Part shown: piece after piece, positions 39,831 to 49,413 of the stretch
Numbering within the stretch: position 1 is the first letter of the stretch
Layout of the letters: the number at the start of each line of letters is the position of its first letter
Assembly (NCBI GenBank): GCA_963666835.2
Contig: CAXXGO010000006.1
Location: 896,001-960,000 of the forward strand
Direction: 5' to 3'
DNA: 64,000 bases
From: Phycisphaerae bacterium
GTDB taxonomy: Bacteria; Planctomycetota; Phycisphaerae; UBA1845
Translations under genes and position numbers: made by a program
The notes under the pieces: generated by a model
Database searches by the model: none
Seen by the model: only the letters and a program-made list of their open reading frames with translations
What the model was told of the DNA's origin: nothing

Positions 39831-41687
39831 CTATTCCACATCGACGGCGTCGTAACGACAGACGTTACGGCAAGCTCCGCAACGCGTGCACTTGTCGGCG
39901 TCGATGGTATGGAGTTTCTTCAACTCCCCGACGATACAATCCACGGGGCACGCCTTCACGCACGCCCCGCAACCTATGCACTTCTCCTTGGAGATCCGGA
40001 ACGTAAACAGATTCCGACACACCCCGGCCGCACACTTGCGATCGTTGATGTGGGCTTCGTATTCGTCCCGGAAGTACCGCAAGGTGCTCAAAACCGGATT
40101 CGGCGCCGATTTCCCCAGCGCGCACAGCGAAGCCTTGACGATCGTGTCGCTCAGTTGTTCGATCTTCTCGACATCACCGGGCCGGCCCTCTCCGCGACAG
40201 ATTGCTTCGAGGATCCCGTGAAGCTGATGGACGCCCTCGCGACACGGAACGCACTTGCCGCACGATTCGTCCACCAGAAACGCGAGGAAGTACCGGGCGG
40301 TATCGACCATGCAGGTGTGATCGTCCATGACGATCATCCCGCCGGACCCCATCATGGAGCCGACTTCGGTGAGCCCGTCGAAATCCACCGGCAGGTCCAA
40401 CATGCTCTCGGGCAGACATCCGCCGGACGGGCCTCCGGTTTGAACCGCTTTGAACGGGCGATCGCCGATGATCCCCCCGCCGATATCGAAGATGATCTCG
40501 CGGAGGGTGATTCCCATGGGGACCTCCACGAGCCCGGTATTCTTCACCTTACCGACCAGAGAGAACGCCTTGGTGCCCGTGCTCTTCTTCGTACCCAGCG
40601 CAGCGAACTTGTCGGCACCCTCGGTAATAATCCACGGGACGTTCGCCCACGTCTCCACGTTGTTCAGAACCGTGGGCTTATCGTGCAATCCGCGAACGAC
40701 CGAATGAACGTACTTGGCCCGCGGCTCACCGACTTCCCCGGCCACCGACTTCATCAGCGCCGACGATTCGCCACAGACGAACGCTCCGCCGCCGCGCGCA
40801 ATGTGAATGTCGTAGGAGAACCCCGTCCCCAGGATGTTCTCGCCGAGGAACCCGTGTTCCCGCGCTTGGGCGATTGCCTGCTCCAGGTGCTTGACCGCCA
40901 GCGGGTACTCTTCGCGTACGTAGATGTAGCCCTTCGAAGCCCCGACGGCCCAGGCCCCGATTACCATGCCTTCGAGCACGGTGTGCGGGTCGCCCTCGCA
41001 GATACTGCGGTCCATGAATGCCCCGGGGTCACCCTCGTCGGCATTGCACAGGACGTAACGCGTGTCGGCTGGTGCATCTCGGCACGTCTTCCACTTACGC
41101 CCGGCGGGGAACCCGCCGCCGCCGCGCCCACGCAGGCCGGAAGCCGTTACGGCGTCCACGACTTCCTCGGGCTTCATTTTGGTTAGGGCCTTCGCCAGCC
41201 CGAGATAACCGCCGACGGCGATGTAGTCCTCGATATTGCCCGGGTCGATCTTGCCGATGTTGCGCAGGGCGATACGAAGCTGCTTGCTGTAAAACGGGAT
41301 AGCGGTGTACTGCTCGATACGCTCTTTGGTGTTGGGGTTACGATAGAGGAGTCGTTCGACGATCTCCCCTTTCTTGAGCGTCTTCTCGACGATGTCTTCC
41401 ACGTCTTTGGGTTTTACGCGGTTATAGAAGATGCCCTTCGGCTGGATTACGACGAGGGGTCCCTTCTCGCAGAATCCGTGACACCCGGTTGTCTTTACCC
41501 CGAGGGCGAGTTCGACGTCGAGCTTCTGCTCGCGGACGGCTTTCTCGAAAGCCTCGGTAACCGCGAGACTGCCGTTGGCGAGGCACCCGGTTCCGGCACA
41601 GATCAGAACTTCGGTCTTGATCTTCTCGCGCTCGCTCCGGGCCTTCTTCGCCGCAGTCTCCAGGCTCTTCATACTCTTAATAGGCAT
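39831..41687 (-). CDS. NuoF/HydB (BfuB) FMN-NAD subunit with C-terminal 2[4Fe-4S]
   Basis: SGLRGRGGGGFP, CNADEGDPGAFMDR, ESCGKCVPCR, an N-terminal [2Fe-2S] domain and a C-terminal ferredoxin. Confidence 0.92.
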   Translation of the reverse strand: MPIKSMKSLETAAKKARSEREKIKTEVLICAGTGCLANGSLAVTEAFEKAVREQKLDVELALGVKTTGCHGFCEKGPLVVIQPKGIFYNRVKPKDVEDIVEKTLKKGEIVERLLYRNPNTKERIEQYTAIPFYSKQLRIALRNIGKIDPGNIEDYIAVGGYLGLAKALTKMKPEEVVDAVTASGLRGRGGGGFPAGRKWKTCRDAPADTRYVLCNADEGDPGAFMDRSICEGDPHTVLEGMVIGAWAVGASKGYIYVREEYPLAVKHLEQAIAQAREHGFLGENILGTGFSYDIHIARGGGAFVCGESSALMKSVAGEVGEPRAKYVHSVVRGLHDKPTVLNNVETWANVPWIITEGADKFAALGTKKSTGTKAFSLVGKVKNTGLVEVPMGITLREIIFDIGGGIIGDRPFKAVQTGGPSGGCLPESMLDLPVDFDGLTEVGSMMGSGGMIVMDDHTCMVDTARYFLAFLVDESCGKCVPCREGVHQLHGILEAICRGEGRPGDVEKIEQLSDTIVKASLCALGKSAPNPVLSTLRYFRDEYEAHINDRKCAAGVCRNLFTFRISKEKCIGCGACVKACPVDCIVGELKKLHTIDADKCTRCGACRNVCRYDAVDVE

Positions 41688-41691
41688 TGGT

Positions 41692-42165
41692 CTACTTTCC
41701 GCCTTGGATCTTCTTCATGATCGACCCCGGCTGAACGTTGCCGTGGTACTCGCCGTTGAGAGAGATGACGGGGGCCATCGCACAGGCACCCACGCAGTTG
41801 ACCGTCTCGAGCGTGAACTTCAGGTCCTTCGTTGTGCCACCCGGCTTGAGATCCAGCGCCGTGCAGATTTCATCCACCAGCGTCTGGGCACCTCGAATAT
41901 GGCAGGCCGTTCCGGTGCATACTCGAATAACGACTTCGCCCTTGGGCTCGAGGCTGAACGCCTTATAGAACGTAGCCGCGGAGAACGCCTTGCTGATCGG
42001 AACCCCCAGCCGCTCGCACAGGATCTCGACCGCTTCGCACGGGACGTAGCCATACCCCGCCTGAACGTCTTGCAGGGCGTGAATCAGTCCCGTGGAGTCT
42101 CCTTCAGGGTACTTCTCGAGAATCGCTCGGGCTTTGTCCAGATCAACGGAACAGGTCTTACTCAT
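41692..42165 (-). CDS. NuoE/HydC (BfuC) [2Fe-2S] subunit
   Basis: ATFY, VCTGTACH and VNCVGAC. Confidence 0.9.
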   Translation of the reverse strand: MSKTCSVDLDKARAILEKYPEGDSTGLIHALQDVQAGYGYVPCEAVEILCERLGVPISKAFSAATFYKAFSLEPKGEVVIRVCTGTACHIRGAQTLVDEICTALDLKPGGTTKDLKFTLETVNCVGACAMAPVISLNGEYHGNVQPGSIMKKIQGGK

Positions 42166-42709
42166 CGCTCTTTCCTGCCTTGGCCAGCTCGTAGCCATGC
42201 ATGAAGGTCTTGCAGTTGACCTCGATGAACTGCTTCTTCGAGGCAAAAGTCTTCTCGATAGTCTTAATCAACATCTCGTGGGAAACGACCTCGTCGAGAC
42301 CGATGTACGCCCCGAGCATGATCAGGTTGGCCGATCGCCGGTTGCCCAGCTCCGTGGCGAGATCATTGGCCTTGATCCGGAAGGTTCGCAGGTCATCGCG
42401 ATCCGAGTTCACCGGGATCATGGAGCTGTTGATTACCAGAGTACCGCCCTTGCGCAGCATCGGAGCAAACTTCTCCAGCGACGGCTGGTTCATGACCACC
42501 GCCGCTTGCGGCGTGGTAATCAACGGCGAACCGATCGGCTTGTCGCCCACTACCACGGTACAGTTGGCCGTCCCGCCGCGCATCTCCGGACCGTACGAAG
42601 GGAGCCAGGTAACCTCCTTGCCCTCTTCCAGACCGGCGTAAGCCAAGAGCTTACCGATCATCATCAGGCCCTGGCCTCCGAAACCGGACATGATCACTTC
42701 GGTCTGCAT
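42158..42709 (-). CDS. 2-oxoacid:ferredoxin oxidoreductase gamma subunit
   Basis: SGFGGQG and PSYGPEMRGGTANC. Confidence 0.92.
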   Translation of the reverse strand: MQTEVIMSGFGGQGLMMIGKLLAYAGLEEGKEVTWLPSYGPEMRGGTANCTVVVGDKPIGSPLITTPQAAVVMNQPSLEKFAPMLRKGGTLVINSSMIPVNSDRDDLRTFRIKANDLATELGNRRSANLIMLGAYIGLDEVVSHEMLIKTIEKTFASKKQFIEVNCKTFMHGYELAKAGKSDE

Positions 42710-42710
42710 C

Positions 42711-43496
42711 TCACGCTCCTTTCCGAGATCCCGCGACCTCGGCAACAGTCGTCTCATCCGGGTCCGGCCGCTTGAAGACCCCCAGCGGGTAGTACGGCAC
42801 CATATTGCCCTGGAGCCACGCGTCTGCTTCCTGGCAGGTCATGCCCCAGTTCGTCGGGCAGATTGAAAGCACTTCAACCATCGTGAAGCACACGCCCTCC
42901 GACTGCAGCCGAAACGCCTCCCGGATCGCCTTCTTGGCCTCGATCACATGGTGCGGCGTGTGCGAGGCCACCCGGGCGACAAACGCCGGAGTCCGCAAGG
43001 TGCTCAGCAGCTCCACCACGCGGATCGGATAACCCTCGTGACCGGGGTTACGCCCGGCGGGGCACGTGGTTGTCACCTGCCCCGGCATGGTGGTCGGAGC
43101 CATCTGCCCGCCGGTCATGCCGTAGATGGCGTTGTTAACGAAAATGACCGTGATCTTCTCGCCCCGGTTGGCGGCGTGGACGATCTCGGCCATACCGATG
43201 GAAGCCAGATCACCATCACCCTGATAAGTGAAGACAATCAGGTTCGGTCGACAGCGCTTTGCGCCGGTAGCGACGGCCGGAGCCCGCCCGTGGGCGGCCT
43301 CGAACATATCGCAATTGAAGTACTTGTACGCCAGCACCGAACAGCCGACCGGAGCGATACCCACGGCCCGCTCGCGCAGGCCCAGCTCGTCCAAAGACTC
43401 CGCCACCATCCGGTGGATCGTGCCGTGAGTGCATCCTGGGCAATAGTGGGTGGGTAGGGCCGTCAGTGAATCCGGATATCCGAAAACCTTCTTCAT
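42711..43496 (-). CDS. 2-oxoacid:ferredoxin oxidoreductase beta (TPP-binding) subunit, VOR-type
   Basis: HYCPGCTHG, GDGDLASIG, NNAIYGMTGGQ and CPTNW. Confidence 0.92.
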   Translation of the reverse strand: MKKVFGYPDSLTALPTHYCPGCTHGTIHRMVAESLDELGLRERAVGIAPVGCSVLAYKYFNCDMFEAAHGRAPAVATGAKRCRPNLIVFTYQGDGDLASIGMAEIVHAANRGEKITVIFVNNAIYGMTGGQMAPTTMPGQVTTTCPAGRNPGHEGYPIRVVELLSTLRTPAFVARVASHTPHHVIEAKKAIREAFRLQSEGVCFTMVEVLSICPTNWGMTCQEADAWLQGNMVPYYPLGVFKRPDPDETTVAEVAGSRKGA

Positions 43497-43512
43497 AGCT
43501 TGGATCCTCGCC

Positions 43513-44574
43513 TTACTTCAGGATCTTCCTGAGATTCTCCGCCACGTTGTCGGGCGACGGAACCATTCCACCCGTCAGGCCATAGAAGTCGACGGGCTTC
43601 GACCCCAGCACGGCCAGCTTGACGTCTTCGACCATTTGCCCGGTGCTCATTTCCACGACCAGCACTCTCTTGGCCTTCTTAACTTCTTTCGCCAGCGCTT
43701 CGTACGGGTAAGGCCAGAGCGTGATCGGTCGAAAGACGCCCACCTTCGCCTCACCGTTGCTGTGCAGCTCATCCGCGGCAGTCTTGCAGATTCGGGCCAT
43801 CGTGCCGTAGGCCACGACCAGGACGTCCAGCTCTTTCGGTTCGCAGTCGTACGTCTCCCAGCGCTTCTCGTTGGCCTCGATCTCGTCGTACTTCTCCTTC
43901 ATCTTCCAGTTGTTGGCGTTGCACGCCTCTTCGGTGAGATAAAGAGAGTTTACGATGTTGGGGTCGCGCCCCTTTGCCCCACAAGCCGCCCAGGGCTTGG
44001 CGGGCAGCTCGTCGAGATCGCGCATCTCGGGGATGTCGACCGGCTCCATCATCTGCCCGATCATCCCGTCACCCATCACCATGACCGGGTTGAGGTACTT
44101 GTCGGCCAGGTCGAAAGCTTCGTACATCAGGTCGACCGCCTCTTGAACCGAGGACGGAGCCAGAACCACCATGCGGTAGTCGCCGTGGCCGAGCCCTTTG
44201 GTCGCCTGCAAATAGTCTGATTGGGCGGGCAGGATGCCCCCGAGCCCCGGTCCGGCGCGGACGATGTTGACCATGACCACGGGCAGGTGGCTCGCGGCCA
44301 GGTAAGAGACCCCCTCGGCCATCAGGCTGATTCCGGGGCTTGAGGAGCTGGTCAACACGCGTTTACCCACTCCCGCACCGCCGTAGAGCATGTTGATCGA
44401 GGCTACCTCGCTCTCCGCCTGGACGAACACCCCCCCAACTTGGGGAAAGCGCTTGGCGAGGTACTCGGGAATCTCGGTCTGAGGCGTAATCGGGTAGCCG
44501 AAGAAGTTGCGACAACCGGCCCTAATGGCCGCTTCGCCGATCGCTTCGCACCCTTTCATGAGAACCTTGGCCAT
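43513..44574 (-). CDS. 2-oxoacid:ferredoxin oxidoreductase alpha subunit, VorB-like
   Basis: GYPITPQ, QAESE, TSSSSPG and RAGPGLG. Confidence 0.92.
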   Translation of the reverse strand: MAKVLMKGCEAIGEAAIRAGCRNFFGYPITPQTEIPEYLAKRFPQVGGVFVQAESEVASINMLYGGAGVGKRVLTSSSSPGISLMAEGVSYLAASHLPVVMVNIVRAGPGLGGILPAQSDYLQATKGLGHGDYRMVVLAPSSVQEAVDLMYEAFDLADKYLNPVMVMGDGMIGQMMEPVDIPEMRDLDELPAKPWAACGAKGRDPNIVNSLYLTEEACNANNWKMKEKYDEIEANEKRWETYDCEPKELDVLVVAYGTMARICKTAADELHSNGEAKVGVFRPITLWPYPYEALAKEVKKAKRVLVVEMSTGQMVEDVKLAVLGSKPVDFYGLTGGMVPSPDNVAENLRKILK

Positions 44575-44590
44575 AGTCGAAGTTCCCCTT

Positions 44591-44824
44591 CTAGTAGCTG
44601 AAGAACTGATAGTGAGTCCCGTGCACGAAAACCTCGATAGCCACGTCGGGGCAGTTCAGCGCACACAGCCGGCAACCCACGCATCTGGATTGCTCGGTCG
44701 GCACCGCATAGAAGTAGCCCTTCTCATTCAGCTTCGTCGACATCGAGATCACTTGTTGCGGGCAGACCCCCTTACAGCGCTCACAGCCCTTGCATCTAGT
44801 TTCATCAACGACGATTCTCGGCAT
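44591..44824 (-). CDS. 2[4Fe-4S] ferredoxin (oxidoreductase delta subunit)
   Basis: CKGCERC..CP and CVGCRLC..CP. Confidence 0.9.
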   Translation of the reverse strand: MPRIVVDETRCKGCERCKGVCPQQVISMSTKLNEKGYFYAVPTEQSRCVGCRLCALNCPDVAIEVFVHGTHYQFFSY

Positions 44825-44841
44825 TCCTGTTCACCTCGCTT

Positions 44842-45609
44842 CTAGCGACGGCCACTGCTGCTGTTCCCAAGTCGGGCATCTCTGCCGAGCACCCGCTCGG
44901 CCTTGTCGGTCATGCTCCGCAACTTCCACGGGGGAAGCATGCGTCGCTTGATCCACAACACCGGGCATCCCAACTCATCCGCCGCCAGCTCCCCACGAAG
45001 ACATTCGTCCGCCGTGGCCAAAGAAACCGGCAGATCGGCAGCTTGCGAAACCTCCCGCGCCAAGTCGAGCCCCTCCCGCACCGTAGCGGCGTCCGTTTCG
45101 TCCAACAAGTGCGTGTTGGAAACGAACCCGGTCACACGGAGGCGGGAGGCGGCCTCAATCTCGCTTTTGATCGTTAGGCACCCGTCTACGGTATCCGTGA
45201 AGGGCCGCCTGGCGTTCAGAACCTGCAGCATAGCATAACTTGTGCCCCCAAACACGTCAGCCAAAGAGCTGAGCACTCGGGCACCGACGTCGTCCCCGCC
45301 CACATCGAGGATCATTGGTCCTGCGCTTTCGCGCACTCCGCCTCGGATTTCGGGTAGAATGATCGGAAGATCCGCGTCTTGGAACTCGCCGCTCGGGTTG
45401 ATCACCCGAATTCCGTGCCCCTCCATCTCCTCCCTCGCCTCTCGACAACGAAAGTACGGGTTGACTATGTCGAGGTCTGCGATGGAGACCTTTTCGCGCT
45501 CCGCCAACCGGATCGCCAGGTTCACGGCCACCTCGGTCTTGCCGGACCCGTAGTTGCCCACAATCAGCAGGACTCGTTCGTTCGGCATGTACTCGTCGCG
45601 GTCAACCAT
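44842..45609 (-). CDS. P-loop ATP-binding protein associated with VOR operons
   Basis: GNYGSGKTE, DLDIVNPYFR and DVGGD. Confidence 0.8.
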   Translation of the reverse strand: MVDRDEYMPNERVLLIVGNYGSGKTEVAVNLAIRLAEREKVSIADLDIVNPYFRCREAREEMEGHGIRVINPSGEFQDADLPIILPEIRGGVRESAGPMILDVGGDDVGARVLSSLADVFGGTSYAMLQVLNARRPFTDTVDGCLTIKSEIEAASRLRVTGFVSNTHLLDETDAATVREGLDLAREVSQAADLPVSLATADECLRGELAADELGCPVLWIKRRMLPPWKLRSMTDKAERVLGRDARLGNSSSGRR

Positions 45610-46020
45610 CGCTATCCAATCTCAATTCCAAGCGACAGAATCAGACAATCCCACAGAGAACCTGGGATTGCGTGCCGCTACAGCCCACCGCGAAGCGCAC
45701 ACCACGCTCCGCGCAGGGATACTCCCGGTCACACCTCTAGCAAGATACGTTCCGTTATCGGTTTGACCGAGGCGGCTCGGCTCTGTGCGGTGCTCCGCCG
45801 CGCAGCGAAATGCAGCGCGCGACGAGGGCAAAGAACACGTCCAACGCCAGAAGACCCGCAGCACCGAACGCCGCCACCGAAACCGCAGCAAGTCCAAACC
45901 CGAGCCCGCCTTCGACCGCGACCGATGGCTCCAACCTGTTGCGCTGATGGGCCGCGGGCGTAACCAGAAACGTCGCGATAGGGGAGAAGGCGTAAGCCCC
46001 TGGGGGAATGTGCGGTTGTT

Positions 46021-46806
46021 TCATGCATAGCCTCGTGGGCGGCACCGGGCATCGGGGTTCGCAACGGGTGCCGCAGATTCGGCAGCACGCGAAGATGAGT
46101 CGTTGCCGGAGCGTATGCGGAAGTGCCGCCCGTGGCGCCAACATGGCAACGCGATCCCGCGGCTCACGCCGTGGGCCGGCAGAGCTGACGGGCTGAAATG
46201 CGAAACGACACAGGACTGCGTCGCGTAGTAGTAGGGCAGGTCGAGGCACGAGACCTGCCGCGATCTTCGCGCGACACTCGACGCTGCGGCCGCCATCAGT
46301 ACGGCGAGCGTGAGCGACAAGCTGAACCACCAAGACCCTGCGCCCACACCGATGGCAATGGCGACAAGGATATGGCACAAAATGTCCGTAGCGGCCACTG
46401 CTCGGTACTTCGTTGCCTCGGACGAACTTGGCCCGGCCGGCGAGTCGCCGGTGGCACGCATTGTGAGTAGCCACACCGCGATTCCACGGAGAGCGGCGCC
46501 GGAGAATGGTAATGCAAGCACGGCCGGCAACGGCCACCCAAGATCCCACAGAGCGCCTGAAACGGGCAACGCGAATAGCGTGGCCGGCACGCTTGCCTCG
46601 ATACAGTTGATGCCGCAGATTACTCTGCGAGCCCGGCGCGGGGTGGCCGTGACAACGCGAAGGGGGATGAGCGAGATCGCAATGTCCAGTCCGCACTCAG
46701 GGCAAACCGCGTTATCGTGCCATCCGCGCAGATCATAATCACACCGGCAGCAGCAAACGCCGACCGGAACCTGCCGAACAGACTCAAAGTCGCTCCCCTC
46801 GCTCAT
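46021..46806 (-). CDS. Zinc-ribbon membrane protein whose 3' end runs into a repeat element
   Basis: CCRCDYDLRG...CPECG followed by TM helices. Codons beyond 46318 derive from the repeat. Confidence 0.55.
   Translation of the reverse strand: MSEGSDFESVRQVPVGVCCCRCDYDLRGWHDNAVCPECGLDIAISLIPLRVVTATPRRARRVICGINCIEASVPATLFALPVSGALWDLGWPLPAVLALPFSGAALRGIAVWLLTMRATGDSPAGPSSSEATKYRAVAATDILCHILVAIAIGVGAGSWWFSLSLTLAVLMAAAASSVARRSRQVSCLDLPYYYATQSCVVSHFSPSALPAHGVSRGIALPCWRHGRHFRIRSGNDSSSRAAESAAPVANPDARCRPRGYA
46216..46318 (-). repeat. 103-bp repeat, inverted copy of 38266-38368
   Basis: The reverse complement gtcgctcacgctcgccgtactgat...gcaggtctcgtgcctcgacctgccctac...gcgacgcag aligns without gaps. Confidence 0.85.
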
Positions 46807-47083
46807 CAATGTGCTCCCTCGCTCGATCACAGATCTTCGCGCGGCATGCGTCTTTGTCAAAGGTCTTGTTTCTCGACCGTGCCCACAAGAGAGGTCATCG
46901 GCACTGCGAGTGTGAGCGACCCGGCCTTGGCCGATGCACGGGGGCGGGTTGCCAGGCGGGTGGGGGGCGGCATAATCGCCAGGGTTGATTGGTGGATACG
47001 CGGCCCGAAAGAGATGCGCCGCCCTTGGCGACGGCGGACGGTCTGCACAGCGATTACGGACTTTGAGGATTTCGCCGCTACGG

Positions 47084-47210
47084 CGCAACCCCGTTGGGGT
47101 AAGTTCCTCTCTTGGCCGTGAACCCAGGGTAGCCGCTGCGCGGCAACCCTGGGCTGGAGGACGGAACGCCGTTGGCGTACCCTGGATTCGGGGGAACGCT
47201 GTTGGGGTAC
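47084..47210. repeat. REP-like palindromic element (CCCAGGGT...ACCCTGGG family)
   Basis: AACCCC-GTT-GGGGT hairpin and CCCAGGGTAGCCGC..GCGGCAACCCTGGG. A related copy lies at about 48018-48090. Confidence 0.65.
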
Positions 47211-47326
47211 TCCGATGGGACGCAGGCCGTGGACCGGTGAGGACCACGGTCCGCACAGCGGACTCTACGGGCTCCCGGCAACTTAACGACCGGCGCGCCA
47301 CCAACGACCGAGAGCGAGTGGGGCTC

Positions 47327-47836
47327 ATGGCCAATCTCGAGAACATTCGTAGCCCGGAAGCACTTCGCGAGGTGTTCGTCAATTACCTCCGCGATCGGGG
47401 CATCAAGTGTACCGCGGCCCGGCGGAAGATTCTCGACGCCGTGTTGGAGCTGCAGGACCACTTCGAGGCCGAGCAGGTGCTGTATATGCTCACCGAACGC
47501 AACCACCGGGTGGGCAAGGCCACGGTATATCGGACTCTGCCCCTGCTGGTGGATTGCGGGATCCTCAAACAGGTGCGGTTCGATGTGAAGCAGGCCCACT
47601 ATGAGCACGCTTTCGGGGCCGGCCCGCACGACCACATGGTCTGCCGGCGCTGCGGGCGGATCATCGAGTTCCGCTCAGACGAAGTTGAAGAGCTCCGCGC
47701 CCGAATCGCTCGGCGCGAGCGGTTCCACGTGGTCAGCCACCGCTTTCAGATCTCCGGACTCTGCTGGGAATGCGCCGTCGCCTGCCCGGTCGCGACGGCC
47801 AAGCCGCCGTCGCGAACCGACAGTTCGGAATCCTGA
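47327..47836 (+). CDS. Fur family transcriptional regulator
   Basis: ATVYRTL, HDHMVCRRCG and GLCWEC. Confidence 0.92.
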   Translation: MANLENIRSPEALREVFVNYLRDRGIKCTAARRKILDAVLELQDHFEAEQVLYMLTERNHRVGKATVYRTLPLLVDCGILKQVRFDVKQAHYEHAFGAGPHDHMVCRRCGRIIEFRSDEVEELRARIARRERFHVVSHRFQISGLCWECAVACPVATAKPPSRTDSSES

Positions 47837-47913
47837 GGTATTCCCTCAGGGCGAGCCAGGCGGGGAGGTTCGGGCCGTGGACGACATGCCCTTGGGTGAC
47901 GCGCGCCATTGCG

Positions 47914-48188
47914 GCAGGTCTCGTGCCTCGACCGTGCCCTACGCACGCCTTCGCGGCTCCGCACATGGGCACGGCTGTTCAACCCGCTTCGGGGTTGGTG
48001 TGGGAGGGGGCTTCGGGACCCAGGGTGGCACTTCGCGGCTGCGCCGCTTCGTTTACCCTGGGCTTTGTTGTGCAACACCTTCGGTGTAGGTTCGGAAGGC
48101 GTGCGGCGGGCAAAGATCGCGGCAGGTCTCGTGCCTCGACCGTGCCCTACAGTGTTGCGGCAGGTCTCGTTCCTCGACCGTGCCCTAC
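47914..48188 (+). repeat. Three further copies of the 29-bp REP-like element
   Basis: Copies at 47914-47942, 48122-48150 and 48160-48188. Confidence 0.85.
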
Positions 48189-48333
48189 AGATGCCGCCGG
48201 CGTTATTTGGTTTTCTGTAGGCAAGATGCGTGCGTTACACGTGCCGGCGGGGTGATTGGACATGCTCCAAGGGGATAGCTAAGGTGCGTCCGGATGGAGA
48301 ATTCACAGCCGTACTACGGGAGACGTTGAACGT

Positions 48334-49332
48334 ATGGCCCAGCGCATAGCGTATGGGGCACTGTCCATCTCTGTGCTCCTAATACTCTTCATGACGGAAT
48401 CTCTGATCGCGGCGCGGGCGTTCGAAATGCCCGGGCCTATCGGGGAACTGCTGCGGCGCGGAAGCGTGATTCCCGCGGCCTTTCTGTTCTTCTTTCTGCT
48501 CGGGGCGGTGGAGTTCCTGAACCTGCTGCAGGCCAGAGGTGCTCAACCGTACCGGGCGTTCACGTTCATAATGATCGCACTTCTGCTGCTTACGCCCTGG
48601 TTGTCGGCGGCCGGCTGGCTCGGATCCGGCGCGGCCCACGTCGAGGGGGTTTACTGGCAGGTAGTCTGGCTGATGGTCGCCGCTCTCGGCGTTGGGTTGG
48701 GAGTTGTCTTCCGCGGCAACCCCGCCGGCTCACTGCGCGACGCCGGAACGACCCTGCTGGCCATCATGTACCTCGGGTTCCTCGGCTCCTTCGGCGTGCA
48801 GATCTGCTGCGGGCGCGATTTCCCCGAGCTGTCCGGCGTCTGGGTGTTGCTGATCACGGTTCTGGTAACCAAGGCCTCCGACATCGGAGCATATTTCGTC
48901 GGTTCGATGCTTGGACGACACAAACTGTGTCCGTCGATCAGCCCGGCCAAGTCGATCGAAGGTGCGATTGGCGGTCTGCTGGCCAGTGCGGGTGCCGGGG
49001 TCCTGCTGGTTGCCGGCGGCATGGCGATGATCACCGTTCCCGAGGGGGAAACGTCGGGGCCGGACGGAGTGGGGTTCCGTTCGGCGCTCGGTCTGTTCAT
49101 CGTACCTCATGCTTCTATTCCGTTCCTTAGGGCGGCCATCTTTGGAATCTGCATGTCGATTTCGGGACAACTTGGCGACTTGCTAGAGTCCTGCTTTAAG
49201 CGTGACGCTTGCGTGAAGGACTCGGGCAGGATCATGCCGCGGTTTGGGGGTATACTAGATTTGATCGATAGCCCGGTTCTTTCGATGCCGGTTGCGTGGT
49301 TCTTGTTGACGGCCGTGTGGTCGGTTCAATAG
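48334..49332 (+). CDS. cdsA: Phosphatidate cytidylyltransferase
   Basis: SDIGAYFVG, SPAKSIEG, GDLLESCFKR..KDSG and GGILDLIDS. Confidence 0.92.
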   Translation: MAQRIAYGALSISVLLILFMTESLIAARAFEMPGPIGELLRRGSVIPAAFLFFFLLGAVEFLNLLQARGAQPYRAFTFIMIALLLLTPWLSAAGWLGSGAAHVEGVYWQVVWLMVAALGVGLGVVFRGNPAGSLRDAGTTLLAIMYLGFLGSFGVQICCGRDFPELSGVWVLLITVLVTKASDIGAYFVGSMLGRHKLCPSISPAKSIEGAIGGLLASAGAGVLLVAGGMAMITVPEGETSGPDGVGFRSALGLFIVPHASIPFLRAAIFGICMSISGQLGDLLESCFKRDACVKDSGRIMPRFGGILDLIDSPVLSMPVAWFLLTAVWSVQ

Positions 49333-49413
49333 CGATCCGACCGGCGAAGGCGGGCCGGCGAGTGTAGCCCAAGTGGGCTCGCTCAGTGCGCTGTTGGAAT
49401 CTCAGGAGGACTG

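Noticed and set aside
39831..42165. Respiratory complex I nuoEF or an [FeFe]-hydrogenase
   Set aside because: There are no other nuo genes, and the third subunit lacks H-cluster motifs.
45610..47326. Long ORFs 45755-46696 and the 5' extensions of 46021-47382 and 46985-47836
   Set aside because: They are low-complexity Arg/Pro/Ala-rich translations crossing repeats. Only the 46806 and 47327 starts give recognisable proteins.
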